Shown here piece after piece: positions 56,946-64,000 of a DNA stretch of 64,000 nt; the stretch's first letter is position 1; each line of letters starts with the position of its first letter. This stretch comes from Eledone cirrhosa (taxonomy: Eukaryota): assembly GCA_964016885.1 (NCBI GenBank), contig OZ024749.1, positions 47,120,001 through 47,184,000 of the forward strand, written 5' to 3'. The notes under the pieces are model-generated. The model had not been told where the DNA came from. It ran no database searches and saw only the letters and a program-made list of their open reading frames with translations. The translations under genes and the position numbers were made by a program.

Positions 56946-59517
56946 AGTCAAACCTAACGAAATTATAATAAACAATAAACATGGTCGTGACATGAATGAT
57001 GTCCCTAAAGCACTATATTTTATAGTCAGGCATGTGGCCGTTTAAAATAGTTTTGTAGTGAGTTCTAACATCGAGATTATTGAGTAATGTTATTCCTCCT
57101 TCTCAACCAATAACATATGAAAATTATTCATAATATTAAAGAAAATTATTTCGGCTGGATCTTCATATTTGTATGTATATGCCCATCGATTTTATTTATA
57201 ACTATTTTATTTAAGAAACTATAACATGGTTAGTTTCTATTCAGCAATACATTACATCAACTCATATCAAATTATTGTACTATCCATTTATTCAATGTTG
57301 TATGTGATTACAATAAAATTGATTAATTATTTCCCTTTTAAATTATGAATTCTCAATCTAAAACTGCCCATATGATGAATATGAAAATATCGCAGTTCAA
57401 TATCAGCATCGGAAGAAAAATGTGACCTCTTTAAGATACGTATTGACAAGAACATTAAACTAAAGTTGTATAACGATGATGCCGTCAATTATATCATTGA
57501 CTTTAAAACGAGGGCAAATATGATGAGTTACTGTTAAAGTTGACAGCTAGAATATCAATTTGATCATAATAGCAGAATAGCCAGTATGCAAACTTTTGCA
57601 AGTTTTAAAAGATATAAATATTCTCTGAGTGAATTACATTTCAACTCTATATAGGCGATGGTAATGTCATATTAGAAATATATAAGTAAGGCACTTTTTA
57701 TTTAATTATTATTCGACCAAATACCCTGAAATAATACTGTTAATCAATGAAAGGTTTCCCCCTGCCTCACAAAAACTCGCTCTAAAATTATGTAAAAATA
57801 TGGTAGTAGTTTCTGTCTCTTGGAGTAAAAGAATATTCTATTGCTCCACTGCCATCATGTTTTTCCCAAATATAATGTTAGTTACGATGTTTCAGTATTC
57901 TATAAAATACATAGTCTATGTAAAACGCCTCACATGCACCGGTGTGGGAGTAAATGTCGTTGAATACGTGTAAAATGCGTGAACATCACAAAAAGACATA
58001 ACATATATTTTCGATGGTTTGTTCACATGTATCATGTAAGATGTAAGGGTGGATATTAATGAGGCAATATGGTTGGGAAATAGAAAAGACATGCTTACTA
58101 AATACATGAACCTGTATGTATAACCCCATCTGAAATCATGGGACGCGTGTATCTAATTCCATTTACCAAATGGAAGTTTTTCAATGGACAGCTGAAATGT
58201 AGATCCATATTATGTTACGATTCATCGTGGAACAGAAGGACAGTTAGCTAGTGATGTTATTTTCAAAACATTCAGCTTCAGTGCAAACCATATATAAATA
58301 GATATATGTGATATGTAGATGAATTGTTTCAGTAACCTCTAACCATATTCCACAATAAATTGTTTCGCGTGAAAATTGATAATAACACTATTCAAAAAAG
58401 AATCTGGATATGACATTGCAATTACACTTGATCAATTTACGTTAAATAACGCCGGATTTATTACAAATTTGTCATCACCGTATGTAACGGAAATGGTTCA
58501 ATGCTGCTGGAAAGATCTGAATGGAAGGTGCATGATCTCCATGCATTAAACGATGCCAGTTCCAAAGCGTTTTAGTGAAAATGAAAAGCTATTATGGAGA
58601 ATAGAATAATGTTATGAACATACTTTCTGAAAACAATCAGCATTCTTTAATTCTCATATTCCTAACTATATTTATATTTCCCTCGTATAAATATTTACCG
58701 CATAGTTCATGTTAGTTTAATGATATACACACATGTTATATGATATAGATTTAGGCTCGTGTGTCGTAAGAATATGTAAGTGAGCATCTGCTTCGACTTG
58801 AATGTAACTTTATGCATATTTTATAAAATATATTACGTAAAGGGCATGGTAGATTGTGTATTTAAATATATTTTACAGCAAGCTTATTCTACATTTATCA
58901 CACGTCGTATATATTTCAAGGAAACCTGCCGCATGCAGATCATTGTATAACTAACATTGCCTTATATAATTTACGATCTTAGTTTCAGCGACAAATATAT
59001 AAATAAATATGATCGTAAAGTTGTGTTCGATATAACTTCGTGATAAGCATTGGGACAGGTGATAACCCTTCATGAAATAACCACTATTTCTTCACAAATA
59101 CGAAATAGCAGAAAAATAAATGTTATACCGATTAAGTATTGGAATACCTGGCATATAATGTATTTCATAACGAAGTCTAACACGATTCCCCTGTCCCTTT
59201 TCTTGTTTCAGTTGGTTACACTGCGGCAAGGTTGGAAAATTGGATGGCAAACTACTAATCTAGATGTAACAGACCAATTGCGATTTGAGCAATCATAACA
59301 CGGGGTGGTAACAATCCTAGTCATAATGCTGAATCGTTTGATAAAGATGATTATAGAATATATTGGTGTTGTTATGGATAGAAATGAGAAACACACGATG
59401 AAGACGCTGAATGATGGTGATTAACAATGAAGATTTTTATCGGATTCAGATCGAATAAATATGCTTTCAATTTTACTTCATGATTGTTGTTGATGATATT
59501 TTCTATCTAACTATCTA

Positions 59518-59564
<47 letters not shown>

Positions 59565-59597
59565 TTACGCAAAATCTATCTATCTATCTATTTATAA

Positions 59598-59723
<126 letters not shown>

Positions 59724-61176
59724 ATAAATTTACGCACCATTTATTAGGTTAGATAAATGTACTTTTTATGCATATATCAATATATTTGCTCAGGAATATA
59801 ATATCTAATGTAATATATTGGACCTTATTCTATATTTTTTATGCGTGTTTCAAAGATTTCTGCGTTTATAGATAGATACATATTTTATATATATTTAAAT
59901 ATGTTTTATTCATAATTTGACACATTTTCAATGTTTTTCAAAGTATTTCTCGGTGTTTGTTTATAGATACATATTTGTCAATGCGTATATCAATCTAGTT
60001 ATAAAAAACAGTGACAGTATGTACGTTAATGCAAATTTCAGTATATTTCATGCAAATTATAATATACAATATTTGAAGGTTTTCAAAAATAATATTTTAC
60101 ATGTTTTCTTCCTTAACATCCGGCTGATATATAACTTTTCAGCACAATTTTCTGGGAAAAATTATGCGTTCTGCTGAAATACATTGTATACTTGTATGTG
60201 CATAATATGTATTGGCATACCTTGTGAAAGATAGTAATTATTAGCGGAAAAATAAAACCGTTTTCAAACAAGAATAGTTGTGTTTTGGTTGTCTTTTTAC
60301 AACACCAAGAATAGATCCAATGAACTGTGTTGAATCGAGGTTAACCCTGTAAATCATGCCAGTAATATGTGGTGATGTTTATACATGGAAAAATAAATAT
60401 AGATATATGATGAATATGTCCTATGAAATGGAAGAAATGATATATGTGATTACCTTTTTCGTAATTCTATCTCGTGATACCATTACCTCGAGACACAGTA
60501 GTTCTGCCCAACATAAATTGATGGAGTATTTGGCAATCAGCACGTGAAACGTTATATTATGGAAATAATGTAAAAGTAAATGTTGATATTTATGCTGATT
60601 ACGATGGTGATATGTAGTATGAGGGTGTGAACGCTTGTGATGGTGACAATGTGATCATGCTGCTGGTGATAAAGGGAAATACGATGATGATTATGGTATT
60701 GGTGGATGTAGTTGTTCTGACGCTATTGTAATTCATTATAGTTGTTTTTGATGAGAAGGTCGTATACAAGTAAACGAGAATTTTGTAGAGTGGAAATAAT
60801 AGTTGTGGATATGGACGGGATCATGGAGTTAATGTGAAATAAATTGATGCACTGGAACACTAAAATAGACAAAAATAAGAGCTGAATGCATTTGTTTTGC
60901 TCACATAAATGTTCTAATTGGTAAATTGAAATACACACAAATATACACACATATATCTACAGGGAAATGTTCCTAATGTTTCGAGTGCCAATCTTTTATC
61001 AGAAGATTGAAAACCAAATAAACATATGAAATATCAAAATTGAGGAATGTGAGTTGAAGAAGATCCCGAAACAAAATTATTTTTGTCGGGGAGAGGGAGC
61101 TTACTTATTCACTCACAGTTTTATAGGTAACACTTGGTCGATAAATGTCTGCAAGCTTGTGCGTGTGCATCACCTA

Positions 61177-61217
<41 letters not shown>

Positions 61218-61460
61218 CTTTGAGGCGATAATATAGTCTGTAGAATAATGATTGTATCAATACCCTCAATATATGAATGTATTTTCCACTATGAATATGA
61301 CTTTATCGTGTGTATTTTTCTGTTTATAAAAGAGATTATATGATTTGTTTTCTGAAAAAGTTGTCTGCGTGCTCAAGTATATAATCTTTGAATTGAACAG
61401 TATTTATACACACGCACAGGCATACATACACACACACACATATATAAACACACACACATA

Positions 61461-61571
<111 letters not shown>

Positions 61572-61619
61572 GTATACATATAAATATATATAAATATATA
61601 CATATACATATACATATAC

Positions 61620-61638
61620 ATGAAATTTGACGTGAACG

Positions 61639-61692
<54 letters not shown>

Positions 61693-61711
61693 CGTTCACG
61701 TCAAATTTCAT
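61620..61711. repeat. Perfect palindrome with 25-bp arms centred on (TA)n
   Basis: atgaaatttgacgtgaacgataaat (TA)n atttatcgttcacgtcaaatttcat. Confidence 0.9.
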
Positions 61712-62032
61712 AAATATATATTTTTTTTAAATGTCTTATACACTTTTCTCTATTTAATAAATGTTATGATGTTTCTCCTTAGATTTTTTTTTAGCTTTTT
61801 GAATTTAATATTTGTTCTTTTATAAGACGAATTATGTTTGTCTCACTTTTAAATCTTCATCCTTCTCTTTTCTCGTTCAAATATTTCAGCTATACGTTTT
61901 GATGTTGGTTTAACTTATTGTCTTTTTTAATATGATTTTCTTAGTGGCAATATTTATCACTGCAGTAGCAGTACCAATAGTAACAGCAGCATCAGCAGCA
62001 GCAGTAATAGTAGGATTATTATTATTATTATT

Positions 62033-63320
62033 GTTCTTTGAGTCTCAGTCATTGATGTTAGTTAACAGGAAAGTTTGTTGAAATAAATATCAAGCTACTA
62101 CCTGCAGCCTCAGATATTCAGGACTTATCGAAGGGTTCTTGCTGTTCCCAGCAAGCATGCCTTTTGAAGCGTTCCAAAAAGCGTGAAGGGGCCAATCTTC
62201 TTTAACCATCCCTGGAAACCTTTTGAGATAGTACCTAGTGCGCCTATGACAATCTGGACCACTTTGACTTCATGGAGTGATGTCGATAGACTCTACTTAA
62301 GGATATCTGAAGGTGGAAGAGGTCTTATCAGCATAGAGGACTGTGTTCAGATGGAGAAAAACAACCTACACAAATACGTGACTGATATTAAGGAGCTAAT
62401 GCTCAGCATTGTACTGATGGAGAGGACAATAGACCAGGGAATGTCCAAGGAGGAAATAACAAGGAGAAAGAGCTGCCTTCATGAAAAATTCCATCATAGC
62501 ACCTTCTTTGAGAAAACTGAATTCAGAAATCCACAAACATGGAACTGGTTGAAAAGAGGAGACCTTAAAAAGGCTACAGAAGGAATGTTAATGGCTGCGC
62601 AAGAGCACGCCCTCAAAACGAAGTGGCTGATACACCATATTTACAAGGAGGAGGCTAGCCCACTGTGCGGGATATGTGGAGTGAGAGAGGATACTGTGGC
62701 TCACATTGTATCCGAGTGTAAACACCTAGCCCAGACTCACTATAAGGGCTGGAGACATGATGTGATGGGCAGGGTGATCCACTGGCACCTATGAACAGTA
62801 AACAATTTACCACATTCTGAGAAGTGGTATGATCATAAGCCAGAGTCGGTGATGGAAAACGATCATGTGAAAGTGCTGTGGGATTTTAGGATACAGACGG
62901 ACAAGAAACTGGAACACAATAGACCTGACCTCGTGGTTGTGGACACAGAAAAAAGATCGTGCCTGGTTGTGGATTTGGCCTGCCCATTCGACACGAGAGT
63001 ACAGTACAAGAGAAGGAGAGGGAGAAAATGAACCGATAAGAGGACTTAAAGTGGGAGGTAAAAAGGATTTGGAACTGCCATGAAGTCAAAGTGGTCACGA
63101 TTGTCATAGGCGCACTAGGTACTATCTCAAAAAGGTTCCAGGGATGGTTAAAGAAAATTGGCCACGACCCGCTTTTTGGAACACTTCAAAAAGCATGGTT
63201 GTTGGGAACAGCAATAACCCTCCGATACGTCCTGAATATCTGAGGCTGCAGATAGTGGCTTGATATTCATTTCAACAAACTTTCCAGTTAACTAACATCA
63301 ATGACTGAGACTCAAAGAAC
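62033..63320 (+). mobile_element. 5'-truncated R4/Dong copy (62276-63320, plus) joined head-to-head to a second 3' end (62033-62275, minus)
   Basis: SDVDRLYL...GGRGL, AAQEHAL, CGIC...HIVSEC, RHD, KVLWDFRIQTD...NRPDLVV...VDLACP. 243-bp inverted arms 62033-62275 and 63078-63320. Confidence 0.9.
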
Positions 63321-63546
<226 letters not shown>

Positions 63547-64000
63547 AAAATAATGACAATGATAACAACAATTAAAATAATAAATGATAATTTAAGTATT
63601 AATGGGGCTTGTTAAAATTGTTTGTTATTTATTTCTATAGTTTCTCTCTTAGTTAAATCTCTATTATGTCTACAATGTCTGTGACAGTGATGGATAGGAT
63701 ATTAACTACATTGGAGTGTCACTTTATAAGTGGATATGCAATGAAATGTCTTGACAATAATATTTCTACAAGGAAATTAGAAAGTCACAATAATATTGAA
63801 ATCCGTTTATGCTGTATTTCTACTTGTCTGATTCCATAAAAGCTAACATAATTCAAATATTAATTATTACTGCTCCAATGCATCGTTGATGAAGAGAACT
63901 ATTTGTTTCATAAATGAAAATGTATCAAAACATATTTAAATGAGTTTATATATTATCATAACCATACTTACATGCATAGAAACGCAGTATCTCACAAAAC

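Noticed and set aside
59211-59298. Exon after a strong acceptor (ccctgtcccttttcttgtttcag)
   Set aside because: All frames close within 30 codons and no homology is recognised; left only as a hint.
60965-61010. Very decayed hammerhead-like string on the minus strand (also a GAAAUUGCAAUA half-motif near 50710)
   Set aside because: Needs several corrections in the core and stems, or lacks the 5' half.

Overview
AT-rich, microsatellite-dense eukaryotic DNA with no confidently identifiable host gene. The tRNA-derived SINE family and repeat landscape suggest an octopod cephalopod (inference). Almost all ORF-track entries are translations of microsatellites. Recognisable coding remnants are a decayed near full-length R4/Dong-type non-LTR retrotransposon (37.6-41.3 kb, minus), a second copy with two outward-facing 3' ends (62.0-63.3 kb) and several RTE-clade 3' fragments. 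The main observation is a dense set of type I hammerhead ribozyme (HHR) motifs, about 15 intact or decayed, folded by eye. They lie in several unrelated small non-coding elements, mostly within or beside (TA)n tracts, and most have a palindromic stem III. The elements are arranged as partial tandems and/or divergent inverted pairs, as in Penelope pseudo-LTRs (pLTRs) and retrozymes. The best case is a young 466-468-bp tandem array with a fold-back arm (685-2973) and an identical HHR in each full unit.
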